From positions 128,001 to 192,000 of the forward strand of contig CAWJSK010000013.1 in NCBI GenBank assembly GCA_963845535.1: a stretch of DNA of 64,000 nt, written 5' to 3'. The position numbers and the translations under genes were made by a program. Of the stretch, positions 37,220 through 45,878 are shown one piece after another. This DNA is from an uncultured Spirochaetota bacterium (GTDB lineage: Bacteria > Spirochaetota > Spirochaetia > SZUA-6 > Fen-1364). Under the pieces are notes generated by a model, which did not search any database, was not told the DNA's origin, and was given only the letters and a program-made list of their open reading frames with translations. Numbering within the stretch: the first letter of the stretch is position 1; each line of letters opens with the position of its first letter.

Positions 37220-38909
37220 AGAGCTTCACGTCCACAACTTTGCCATCATCGACAAGCTGCAGGTGCGCTTTACCGAGGGCCTGAACGTCCTGAGCGGGGA
37301 GACCGGCGCCGGCAAATCCATTCTCGTCGGGGCCCTGGGTCTCCTCCTGGGGGACAAGACCGACACCTCCATCATCAGGTCAGGCGCGGAGGAGACGAGC
37401 GTCTCGGGGATCATCTCCCTGGGCGGCAACTCGGAGGCCGCCGTCTGGCTTCAGGCGCACGGCATCGAACCGGAGGACGGGGAGGTCATCCTCCGGCGCA
37501 TGCTGAAGTCCAACGGCCGCGGGTCGCTTTTCATCCAGTCCACGCCGGTCACCCGGGCGGACCTCCATGATTTCTCCTCGCTGCTCTTCGACCTGCACGG
37601 CCAGCACGAGCACCAGTCTCTCCTGGACCTGGAGAACCATCGAAGGCTCGTGGACAGGTGGGCCGGCACGGAGGAGCTGGCGCAAAAGTTCCATTCCCTG
37701 TACGCCTCTCTTGCTTCGCTGCGGGAGCGGTTGTCCTCTCTCGTGAGCGACGAACGGGAACGCCTGCGCCGCGCGGACTTGCTCACCTACGCCGTGAATG
37801 AGATCAAGGGTTTGGCCCCCAAGCCCGGTGAGGAAGAGGAGCTTGAGAAAGAGCTGGCCATCCTCGTCCATCACGAAAAGCTCTTCACGCTCCTGGAAGA
37901 CGTACACGGGGCCGTTGCGGAAGGCGCCGGCGGAGTGCTCGCCGCGCTCAGAAAGGCGCGCCAGTCCATGGAGGAGATCCTTGCCATCGACTCCTCTCTC
38001 TCCCGCCAGTCCCACCAGCTCGAGGACGCCTTCTACGAGATCGAGGATTTTGCGGAGAGCGTGCGCCAGTACAAGTCCCGCACGGATTTCAGCCCCAGCA
38101 GGCTGGACGAGGTGCAGTCCCGGGTGTCCGCCATCCGCTCCCTGGAAAAGAAGTACGGGGACACCGTGGAGAAGGTCCTGGAGTACTGCCGCGCCGGTGA
38201 GCAGGAGCTTGCCGGCATGGAGAACTGGGAAGAGGAGAAGAAGAGCCTGGAGGAGGAGATCGGCCGCACGGAAAAGGAGATCGCCGGCGCTGCCCGCGAG
38301 CTGTCGGAGAAGAGAAAGGCGGCAAGTCAGGATCTTCAGAAGAAGATCGAATCCGAGCTGCGCCAGCTTGGGATGCCCAAGGTCAGCTTCCGCGTCCTGA
38401 TCCAGGATGCGGCGCGGGAGGGGACCCCGGTCCTTACGCCGTGGGGGAAGGACGCAATCGAGTTCGTGATCTCCCCGAACCTGGGGGAGCCGTTCAAGAA
38501 GCTGCGGGCCATCGCCTCCGGCGGGGAGCTGTCTCGCGTCATGCTCGCCATCAAGGGAGTGCTGGCTGAATCTGACCACGTGAGCTCTCTCATCTTCGAC
38601 GAGGTTGACGCCGGCATTGGAGGGGAGATCGCTTTGGCCGTCGGGGAGAGGCTCGGAGCCCTGTCGCGGCACAAACAGGTGCTGTGCATCACGCACCTTG
38701 CCACCATCGCCGTGCGGGCCGATAATCATCTCAGGATCGAGAAGATTGCGCAGGCCGGCCGCACCGTCACGCGGGTGGAGAAGGTGACGGGGGCCGCCCG
38801 TCAGGAGGAGATCGCTCGGATGCTGGCGGGGGACCGCACAGGGGAGCTTTCCCTGCAGCACGCCGGTGAGTTGCTCGCGAAGTACGGGCCGCAGAAGGAT
38901 GAAGCGTGA
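37212..38909 (+). CDS. recN: DNA repair protein RecN
   Basis: GETGAGKS, HGQHEHQ, ASGGELSR, FDEVDAGIGG, CITHL, EEIARML. Confidence 0.96.
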   Translation: MLEELHVHNFAIIDKLQVRFTEGLNVLSGETGAGKSILVGALGLLLGDKTDTSIIRSGAEETSVSGIISLGGNSEAAVWLQAHGIEPEDGEVILRRMLKSNGRGSLFIQSTPVTRADLHDFSSLLFDLHGQHEHQSLLDLENHRRLVDRWAGTEELAQKFHSLYASLASLRERLSSLVSDERERLRRADLLTYAVNEIKGLAPKPGEEEELEKELAILVHHEKLFTLLEDVHGAVAEGAGGVLAALRKARQSMEEILAIDSSLSRQSHQLEDAFYEIEDFAESVRQYKSRTDFSPSRLDEVQSRVSAIRSLEKKYGDTVEKVLEYCRAGEQELAGMENWEEEKKSLEEEIGRTEKEIAGAARELSEKRKAASQDLQKKIESELRQLGMPKVSFRVLIQDAAREGTPVLTPWGKDAIEFVISPNLGEPFKKLRAIASGGELSRVMLAIKGVLAESDHVSSLIFDEVDAGIGGEIALAVGERLGALSRHKQVLCITHLATIAVRADNHLRIEKIAQAGRTVTRVEKVTGAARQEEIARMLAGDRTGELSLQHAGELLAKYGPQKDEA

Positions 38910-39715
38910 TGAAGAAACCGAGTGACGAGGCCAGGCGACGTTACGTCGACTACATAAAAGACTACAAGACCGCGATTGACGCTTTTTTGTTGAAGGAAAA
39001 AAAGATCAAGGAAGAGGTTGCCGCCGGCGCCGAGGGGGCAAGCTTCAAGAGGCTGGCGCTCACGGATGACAACCTGAACCTCGTTGCCCAGTACCTCGTG
39101 ATGAACTCCCTTTCGCTCTCCTTTCTCGGAGTCAAGAATGAGGCATTCCTCAACGAGGGGCGCAAGTGCATCTACAAGGCGCTCATTTATCTCGAGGAGA
39201 TCGTCTCTCCCATGGTCGACGCGCCGTTTGGAGACTACGAGCAGGGCCTGGAGACAATTGCAACGTTTTCCGACCAGGACAGGTACAACCTCGTGCGCAA
39301 GCTGGGCTTCGCCATCGACTCCCTGGTGGAAGGCTACGGGGAGAACTCGAAGTGGAAGTGGTCGTTCGTCGAGCTGGAGGGCAGGTTTGCCGTGGTGACC
39401 AAGAACCTGCTCAACCTCAAGACGTTCGTGGCGGGGATGGACCCGCGGGTGGCGGGATTCTCCGCGCGCATGGCGCACCTCGGCCTGGCCCGGGAGTTGC
39501 TGCAACAGGCCGCGGACCGCTACCGGGAGAAGTACGAGCTTTCCACCATGCGTATTGACGACATCAAGGCGGGCATCAACTTCCTGGCCGCCGTGCGCAG
39601 GCTGCATGCCGTGCTGGGAGAGTCGGAGCAGGCGGACGTGGTGAAAAAGAAAGCGGAAATCTGGCGGACCAAGATGGAAAACGACCTGAAAAAAGCGGAA
39701 GCCACGAAGAGGTAG
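38906..39715 (+). CDS. Hypothetical helical protein (likely conserved in spirochaetes), coupled to recN
   Basis: 269-aa ORF overlapping the recN stop, with host-like codon usage; no recognised domain. Confidence 0.8.
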   Translation: MMKKPSDEARRRYVDYIKDYKTAIDAFLLKEKKIKEEVAAGAEGASFKRLALTDDNLNLVAQYLVMNSLSLSFLGVKNEAFLNEGRKCIYKALIYLEEIVSPMVDAPFGDYEQGLETIATFSDQDRYNLVRKLGFAIDSLVEGYGENSKWKWSFVELEGRFAVVTKNLLNLKTFVAGMDPRVAGFSARMAHLGLARELLQQAADRYREKYELSTMRIDDIKAGINFLAAVRRLHAVLGESEQADVVKKKAEIWRTKMENDLKKAEATKR

Positions 39716-39761
39716 CAGGACTCCCGTCTTCCGGAGATCGCGCTTGCGCGCGCCGTTTTGG

Positions 39762-40172
39762 CTATCCGCGCTTCAAGTCATGCAGCGAATCATGCGGCAG
39801 AAGCTGTCCCACGCTCGCGGTGACGTACTCAGCATTCTTGCCGGCAAAATAGACGGGCACGTCGGGAGGACAAAACTCACTCAGGACCTGGCGGCACGCG
39901 CCGCACGGGGATACGGGCACCTCCGATTTCGGGCAACAGACGGCAACGGCGGTGAACTCCCGCTTGCCCTGGGAGACGGCGGCGAACAAGGCGCTCCTCT
40001 CCGCGCAGCATGCCAGCCCGTACGAGCGGTTCTCCACGTTCGCCCCCGTGACCACGGTTCCGTCAGCGCAGAGGAGCGCGGCTCCCACCGGGAAAAGGGA
40101 GTACGGGGAGTACGAGGCGCGCGAAGCCTCACGCGCCTGTGAGACGAGCTCTTCAGGAACATGACTTCTCAT
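39762..40172 (-). CDS. cdd: Cytidine deaminase (homotetrameric type)
   Basis: YSPYS.FPVGAAL, GANVENRSYG..CAE, SPCGACRQ; start ATG 40172. Confidence 0.94.
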   Translation of the reverse strand: MRSHVPEELVSQAREASRASYSPYSLFPVGAALLCADGTVVTGANVENRSYGLACCAERSALFAAVSQGKREFTAVAVCCPKSEVPVSPCGACRQVLSEFCPPDVPVYFAGKNAEYVTASVGQLLPHDSLHDLKRG

Positions 40173-40200
40173 TGACAAACACCCCCCTGCTGCGTAGGCT
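40172..40200 (+). promoter_or_regulatory. Putative sigma70 promoter overlapping the divergent cdd start
   Basis: TTGACA (40172-40177)-N17-TAGGCT (40195-40200). Confidence 0.5.
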
Positions 40201-40216
40201 TGCCGTGGAATCCGAC

Positions 40217-41305
40217 ATGGGAAAAAGGCGCCCGGCAAGCATTTTCTTCACGGCAGTCCTTCTCATCGTACTGTATTTCGCCCTCTTTCCCTACCCCCTG
40301 GGCAAAGAGCTGGTAGCAAAGCCGGCCTGGGCCGTCGCTGTGGCCGCCGGGTCGTCGAACAACCCGCAGGCTTCACCGGAGGCGCAGGGAGCCGCGGGTG
40401 CCGCCCCGTTCCGCATCGCCGACTCCTTTGGCTACGTGGGCCCGGACGGCACGCTTCTTCACGTCGGGCAGAAGCTCTTTCAGGTGGCGCTCTCAAGCGC
40501 GGGGTACATCAATTACGCCCGCATGGGAACGGATTGGATCATGCGTGATCCGGGGGGGGAGCGAATTGCAAGCTTCTCCGGCAACGGCTACCCCGTGCTG
40601 AACGCGGACGGGAGCAGGGTCCTCATTGTCAACTCGGATCTGACCGGCCTGCAGGAGATCGACAAAAACGGTGACGTCGCATGGAGCAGGGATTTTCCCG
40701 CCATCATCACTTCGCTCTGCCTCCAGGATGATTACCTGCTCGTCGGTCTTCTCAACGGCACCCTCCAGCTCCTGAACAAGAACGGGGCTCCCGTCTACCA
40801 GGCGCCTGCGGGCCAGAGCCGCATCCCTGTCACTTACGGGTGCGCCGTGGCGCCGGACGGCTCATTCATAGCCTCCGTGTCCGGCATCGACCCGCAAGTG
40901 CTGACCGTCATGGGCAGAAACGGCTCTTCCTACGAGCGTTCCCTGCGTGTCACCACGTCCACGGACTACCGCCGGGAAGTCCGCATGGGGTTCTCTCCGG
41001 ACTCCCGCTACCTCTTCTATGAGGGGGGCGACGCTGTGGGGCTCGTGGAGCCCAATGCAGGCCGGCTTTTCGCGGTATCCCTCCGGGGAAGGCTCGCAGG
41101 CTCGGCCTTTCTCGATGACTCACGGGTGGCCGCTTTTGCGGCGCGTGACGGGCAGCGTGTGAACCTGCGGCTGGTCTCCCCCTTCCTTGCCCCGGTCAGC
41201 TTCGAGTCGTTCGCGGCCGCAGACCTGTTCCTTGGCGCCGTGGACGGACAGCTGCTCCTCGGCGTGGACGGCCGGCTTCTTCGCGTGGACGTGGAGGCCC
41301 TGTGA
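40217..41305 (+). CDS. Membrane-anchored beta-propeller (WD40/PQQ-like) hypothetical protein
   Basis: N-terminal TM helix; repeated strand motifs (NADGSRVL, DKNGDVAW, VAPDGSFIA, FSPDSRYL). Confidence 0.7.
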   Translation: MGKRRPASIFFTAVLLIVLYFALFPYPLGKELVAKPAWAVAVAAGSSNNPQASPEAQGAAGAAPFRIADSFGYVGPDGTLLHVGQKLFQVALSSAGYINYARMGTDWIMRDPGGERIASFSGNGYPVLNADGSRVLIVNSDLTGLQEIDKNGDVAWSRDFPAIITSLCLQDDYLLVGLLNGTLQLLNKNGAPVYQAPAGQSRIPVTYGCAVAPDGSFIASVSGIDPQVLTVMGRNGSSYERSLRVTTSTDYRREVRMGFSPDSRYLFYEGGDAVGLVEPNAGRLFAVSLRGRLAGSAFLDDSRVAAFAARDGQRVNLRLVSPFLAPVSFESFAAADLFLGAVDGQLLLGVDGRLLRVDVEAL

Positions 41306-42192
41306 TGAGCCCGCGCGGCGCGCTTCGCGCGGTCCCGGCTCTGCTTGCTCTTCTCCTGGGTGGAGCGCTGCCGGTCAGCGGCCTGGACTGGCCGGTCGAC
41401 CGGAAGGTCATCATCGGGACGTTCGGTGAAGACAAGGGCAGCAACTTCTTCGACGGTCTGGACCTCGGCGGCGGTCAGCAGGAGGTGCATGCCGTCCTTC
41501 CCGGAGAGCTTGTCTTCCGCCACGACGAAGAAGAGGACTACTCCTCCCTTCCCCGCGGGCTGGGCAGCTTTGTCGTGCTCCATCACGAGGGGAAAATAGA
41601 GACGATATCGGGCAACCTGAAAAAAGGCTCCCTCGGCCCGGTGCGCACCGCATATGCGGCTGGTGAAACGGTCGGCTTGAGCGGAGACACCGGATCTTCG
41701 GACGGCGTGCATCTGCATTTCTCCCTCTATGATGAGGAGACGGCCTCCTTCCTGAACCCGCTTTCCTTGCTCCCGCCCGTCGCGGACACCCAGCTCCCCG
41801 TGATCAAAAGGGTCCTCCTTTCCGCCGGGGACACCCTCACTCCGCTCGACAACGGCGCAACCGTCCCGGCGGGGAAGGCGCAAATAATCGCCCAAGCCTA
41901 CGACCTGCGCCAGGACGTGAGGTTCCTCTGGCCGCTCGGCCTTTACGGGATCCGCCTGGAACTGGACGGGAAGGAAGCGACCCGAATGGTGTTCGACTCA
42001 CTCCAGGTGGTGGATGGGCAGCTTGTGCTGGGGGGAACAAAGCTCGGGCACGACACTATCTACACGGCCAACGGCCTGCTTTCCTGCGGGACGGTGGAGC
42101 TGCGCGCCGGCACGAGCCGCCTCATTCTCACCGTGCGTGATTTCGCGGGAAACGAAACCACGAAGGAAATCTCGTTCACAGTCCGAGAATAA
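41302..42192 (+). CDS. Secreted M23 family peptidase-like protein
   Basis: Signal peptide, DWPV, TFGE, GLGSFVVLHH, VGLSGDTGSSDGVHLHF, LNPLSLL. Confidence 0.8.
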   Translation: MMSPRGALRAVPALLALLLGGALPVSGLDWPVDRKVIIGTFGEDKGSNFFDGLDLGGGQQEVHAVLPGELVFRHDEEEDYSSLPRGLGSFVVLHHEGKIETISGNLKKGSLGPVRTAYAAGETVGLSGDTGSSDGVHLHFSLYDEETASFLNPLSLLPPVADTQLPVIKRVLLSAGDTLTPLDNGATVPAGKAQIIAQAYDLRQDVRFLWPLGLYGIRLELDGKEATRMVFDSLQVVDGQLVLGGTKLGHDTIYTANGLLSCGTVELRAGTSRLILTVRDFAGNETTKEISFTVRE

Positions 42193-42219
42193 AAGGGAAC
42201 GAGACGAATGGAGGCTGCA

Positions 42220-43068
42220 ATGCCCAAGACATATTCCTCCGTGCCCGGCGTGGAGCGTTTCCTGGCCATTTCCTGCCCCCTCTGCGGGGCGGCGGCGCGG
42301 TCTGACTTCCTCTCCTGCGACGGATTCACGTTCGTGCGCTGCTCCCGGTGCGGCGCCGTCTACCAGAACCCATCCCCTGTCTTCGAGGACCTTCGCAAGC
42401 GCTACGGTGAGGGCTATTTCGCGTACGAGCACGAGAACGAGCGCAACTTTTTTCACCTGATGGAGCTCGGGCTGAATGACGTCGACTTCGATGCAAGGTC
42501 AGCGGGACTTCCGGAGCCCCGGACGTTCCTGGATATCGGGTGCGCAACGGGGATGCTCCTGGAATCCATGAAGCGCAAGGGATGGACGGTGAAGGGAGTC
42601 GACATCTGCCGCGAGTCTGCTGAATACGGAAAGCGCACGCGAGGGGTGGACATTTTCCCGGGGACGCTTACGGAGGCGTGCTTCCCTGACAACAGCTTTT
42701 CCGTGATCCATTTCTCCCATCTGATCGAGCACGTCCCCGACCCGCGCGGGTTCCTCCGGGAAGTCCGCAGGATCCTGAAACCGGGAGGGTTTGCCGTCAT
42801 CACCACGCCGAACGTGGATGGTTTCCAGGCGCGCCTCTTCAAGAAGGGCTGGCGGTCCGCAATTGCGGACCATCTGGTGCTTTTTTCCCGACGCACCCTC
42901 GGTAAGGTGATAGACGAATCGGGTTTTCAGACCCTGAGGACCGTCACCTGGGGAGGCCTGGCGGTCGGAACAGCCCCCCTGGTCATCAAAAAGCCGCTCG
43001 ACAAGCTCGCAAAGAGGTTTGGTTTCGGGGACGTTGTGCTTTTCCTGGCGCAGAAAACAGCGGCCTGA
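42220..43068 (+). CDS. Class I SAM-dependent methyltransferase with N-terminal CxxC..CxxC
   Basis: CPLC, CSRC, FLDIGCATG, HLIEHVPDP, LKPGG..TTPN. Confidence 0.9.
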   Translation: MPKTYSSVPGVERFLAISCPLCGAAARSDFLSCDGFTFVRCSRCGAVYQNPSPVFEDLRKRYGEGYFAYEHENERNFFHLMELGLNDVDFDARSAGLPEPRTFLDIGCATGMLLESMKRKGWTVKGVDICRESAEYGKRTRGVDIFPGTLTEACFPDNSFSVIHFSHLIEHVPDPRGFLREVRRILKPGGFAVITTPNVDGFQARLFKKGWRSAIADHLVLFSRRTLGKVIDESGFQTLRTVTWGGLAVGTAPLVIKKPLDKLAKRFGFGDVVLFLAQKTAA

Positions 43069-43070
43069 GG

Positions 43071-43102
43071 GTGGGACGGCCCCCGCGGCGGGGCCCTCCC
43101 AC
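43071..43102. terminator. Hairpin between convergent genes
   Basis: GTGGGA.GGCCCC / GGGGCC.TCCCAC. Confidence 0.5.
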
Positions 43103-43114
43103 GGCGCGGCGGGG

Positions 43115-43420
43115 CTATTTCCGGATCGTTACCAGCTTGTCGAACTTGATCATCTGGAATGTCTTGAAAAGAGGGTCGCTGCAGCCGACAATCTGCAGCG
43201 TCCGGCCGCCCTCGGCGAGTTTCTTGCGAAAGAGCAGGATCTTGCCGAGCGCGGATGAGTTGATGGACGGGGTCTGGGAGAAATCCAGAGAGATGGTCAG
43301 GTGGCGCCCGGCGGCAAGCTCTTCCATGCGGGTCTGGAACTCGTTGGTGGCTTCTCCCGACAGCGGGCCCTGAACGGAGAGGACGATTTCCTCCCGTGAC
43401 GTTTCCTTCTGCTGGAACAT
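43115..43420 (-). CDS. STAS domain protein (anti-sigma factor antagonist-like)
   Basis: LDFSQTPSINSSALGKIL..FKTFQMIKFDKL; start ATG 43420. Confidence 0.85.
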   Translation of the reverse strand: MFQQKETSREEIVLSVQGPLSGEATNEFQTRMEELAAGRHLTISLDFSQTPSINSSALGKILLFRKKLAEGGRTLQIVGCSDPLFKTFQMIKFDKLVTIRK

Positions 43421-43421
43421 G

Positions 43422-43700
43422 CTATCCCCTCCCCATCCCCGTACTTTCGAGCTCAGGCCGAGTAACGAGCTCCAGGTGGTACGTGATCTCCTCCGTGTTC
43501 CTCTCCTGCCTCGTGGAAACCTTCCAGACGCGATACACAATCATCTTCGACGTGGGCAGCGGGAGGGGAAGAGGATTTCCATTCAAGTCAACGAGCTGAT
43601 TCACCCGGAGATCGTGCTCGATTTCCCGGTCATCTCCCTCCGGGTAGGAAATCATGATCGTTCGAACCACTGCCGGGATATTATCCTTTTTCGTCATCAT
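43422..43700 (-). CDS. Small hypothetical protein
   Basis: 92-aa ORF packed between DUF1820 and STAS genes; start uncertain. Confidence 0.65.
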   Translation of the reverse strand: MMTKKDNIPAVVRTIMISYPEGDDREIEHDLRVNQLVDLNGNPLPLPLPTSKMIVYRVWKVSTRQERNTEEITYHLELVTRPELESTGMGRG

Positions 43701-43968
43701 CCGCCAGGCGGAACGGCATCAGCTTCCCCACCGAATCTTCGGGAAGCTCCTCGATCAGGCTGACGGTCTGGAACGGGATCATCAGGTGGTTCGCGCTTCC
43801 GAAGGCGCGCCGGATCTCTTCCTCCGAGGGATTGATCACGAGCTTCTGTTCCGTGGGGAACACGAGGTCCCTGATGGACACGAAGTATGGGTGTGTCAGG
43901 TCGAGGCTCCTGGCCATGAGCTCGACATCCTTTTCCTTCCATTTGAAATGCACGCGGTAAAGTGGCAC
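43681..43968 (-). CDS. DUF1820-like protein
   Basis: LYRVHF..ELMAR..LVF..LVINPSEEEIRRAF..IPFQTV.LIEE pattern. Confidence 0.7.
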   Translation of the reverse strand: MPLYRVHFKWKEKDVELMARSLDLTHPYFVSIRDLVFPTEQKLVINPSEEEIRRAFGSANHLMIPFQTVSLIEELPEDSVGKLMPFRLADDDEKG

Positions 43969-43984
43969 CTGTTTCTCCCGGCTC

Positions 43985-44014
43985 AGAATACAGCGCTTTA
44001 TGCGTCGGGGTCAA
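43985..44014 (-). promoter_or_regulatory. Putative sigma70 promoter of the DUF1820-hyp-STAS operon
   Basis: Minus strand TTGACC-N18-TATTCT with TG just upstream of the -10. Confidence 0.5.
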
Positions 44015-44029
44015 TTTTGTGCCTTCTAC

Positions 44030-44056
44030 TCAACATCCGTTACATAGTTCCGATAA
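44030..44056 (+). promoter_or_regulatory. Sigma28 (FliA)-like promoter upstream of mraZ
   Basis: TCAA-N15-TCCGATAA versus consensus TAAA-N15-GCCGATAA. Confidence 0.45.
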
Positions 44057-44095
44057 TTTTTTCCAAAATACATGATTTTTCGTCTCTGACTCCAA

Positions 44096-44170
44096 TTGAC
44101 AACTGGTCCATTGGGGGTATTATCTGCTGCGTGAGTGGGAAAAAGTGGGGATATTTAGGAAATTGTGGTA
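44096..44170 (+). promoter_or_regulatory. dcw promoter with MraZ-binding repeats
   Basis: TTGACA-N16-TATTAT (44096-44123); GTGGGA/GTGGGG/TTAGGA/GTGGTA at 10-bp period (44135-44170). Confidence 0.8.
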
Positions 44171-44179
44171 GGGGAGGCC

Positions 44180-44620
44180 ATGATTACAGGAGAATTCCGC
44201 TGCTCGCTGGATGAAAAGGGCAGACTGCTCATACCAGCGCGAATAAGAACGGAAGTGCTCGGCAATGTGGTGGTCCTCACCCGGGGTGTGGAAAACTGCC
44301 TCTGGCTCTTTCCCCCGGAAGAATGGAAGACATTTTCTGAAAATCTCGTCGGCCAGACCTCTCTCCTCCAGGCGCAGTCCAGGCTCATCCAGCGCAGGCT
44401 GATCGCCCCAGCGCAGGAAGCTGAAATCGACAAGGCCGGGAGGATTGTCATTCCTCCGACCTTGAGGGAATATGCGGATCTCAGAAAGGAGTGCTTCATC
44501 CTGGGGCTGAAGAAATACATCGAAGTCTGGTCCGAGACGGCCTACCAGTCCTATCTCCAGGAGAACGAAGCGAAGTTCAAGGAAGCAGCCGAGGAGCTTG
44601 GCGGGAGGATCGCCCTGTGA
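44180..44620 (+). CDS. mraZ: Transcriptional regulator MraZ
   Basis: LDEKGRLLIP, IDKAGRIVIP, IEVW. Confidence 0.95.
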   Translation: MITGEFRCSLDEKGRLLIPARIRTEVLGNVVVLTRGVENCLWLFPPEEWKTFSENLVGQTSLLQAQSRLIQRRLIAPAQEAEIDKAGRIVIPPTLREYADLRKECFILGLKKYIEVWSETAYQSYLQENEAKFKEAAEELGGRIAL

Positions 44621-45591
44621 GCATCCACGAGCCGGTCCTGCTCCAGGAGGTCATGACGCTCCTTGTCCCGCCGTCGGGGGCTACGCTCATGATCGACGCC
44701 ACCGTGGGTGAGGGCGGGCATTCAGAGGCTTTCCTGCTGAAATACCCTGATCTCACCGTCATTGGCGTGGACACGGATCCCTCCATTCTGGAGACGGCGC
44801 GCCAGCGGCTCGCGGTCTTTGCGAACCGCGCGAGGCTGATCAACGCATGGTACGGCACGTTTCTGGCTGATTACGATGAAGACCGCCGGGCGGACCTCAT
44901 CCTCATGGACCTGGGCATTTCGCGCTTCCACTATGAGGCGAGCGGCCGCGGCTTCTCATTCGACCGCGATGAATCACTCGACATGCGCCTGAATCCCGGG
45001 CTGCCTTCCACGGCGGCGGATCTCGTGAACTCCCTCGACCAGCGGGAGCTTGCCGAGATCCTGTTCCGCTTCGGGGAGGAAAAGTTCGCACGCCAGATAG
45101 CGTTTCGCATCGTCAGGCAAAGGGAAAAGGACCCCATTACGAGCGCTACCCGCCTTGCCAACATTGTTGCCTCCGCGGTTCCAGCGAAATACCAGCACCA
45201 GAAGATCCACCCTGCAACGAGGACTTTCCAGGCGCTTCGCATTGCCGTGAACCGTGAGCTGGAGCAGTTGGAAGAAGGCCTTGCACAAGCCCTCGCCGTC
45301 CTGAGCCCGGGCGGCAGGATCGGAGTCATTAGCTTCCATTCTCTGGAAGACCGGATCGTGAAGAGATTCTTCCGCGACAAGAGCAGGGAGTGTACATGCC
45401 CTCCGGAATGGCCGATCTGTCAATGTGGGGGCAAAGCGGAGTTGCGCCTGGTCACCGCCAAGCCCGTCACGGCTTCCGGGGAAGAAGTTTCCCGGAACCC
45501 CGCCAGCCGCAGCGCGAAGCTGCGTGTTGCGGAGAAGCCCCTCGGGCTTCGCGCAGTGAAGCCCAAGCAGACACCGGCGGAGGGTGCATGA
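44617..45591 (+). CDS. rsmH: 16S rRNA m4C1402 methyltransferase
   Basis: HEPVL, DATVGEGGHS, DLGIS, LDMR, TRTFQALRIAVN, SFHSLEDR, NPASRSAKLR. Confidence 0.96.
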   Translation: MSIHEPVLLQEVMTLLVPPSGATLMIDATVGEGGHSEAFLLKYPDLTVIGVDTDPSILETARQRLAVFANRARLINAWYGTFLADYDEDRRADLILMDLGISRFHYEASGRGFSFDRDESLDMRLNPGLPSTAADLVNSLDQRELAEILFRFGEEKFARQIAFRIVRQREKDPITSATRLANIVASAVPAKYQHQKIHPATRTFQALRIAVNRELEQLEEGLAQALAVLSPGGRIGVISFHSLEDRIVKRFFRDKSRECTCPPEWPICQCGGKAELRLVTAKPVTASGEEVSRNPASRSAKLRVAEKPLGLRAVKPKQTPAEGA

Positions 45592-45878
45592 AGAGATACG
45601 GCCTTGCGCTCATTTCCCTGATCGTCCCCGGGCTCCTGTGCCTGAACGCATGGCAGGGATACCGATACAACGAGCTCTCCAACGCGGTGGCTGCCCTTGA
45701 GAAGCAGCAGCAGGACCTGTTGGAAGCCAACCGGGACGCCATTGCCCAGATCGCATACGAACAGTCACCGGCCCGCGTGGAAGAAAAGGCTGGCAAGAGC
45801 TTCTCCCTGGTCCCCGTGGACCAATCGCACGTCACGCGCGTCCTGGTTCAGGGCGCCGCGGGGAGGCAAGGGCAGTGA
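45588..45878 (+). CDS. ftsL: Cell division protein FtsL-like
   Basis: TM helix plus coiled coil ending SPARVEEKA; position after rsmH. Confidence 0.75.
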   Translation: MKRYGLALISLIVPGLLCLNAWQGYRYNELSNAVAALEKQQQDLLEANRDAIAQIAYEQSPARVEEKAGKSFSLVPVDQSHVTRVLVQGAAGRQGQ

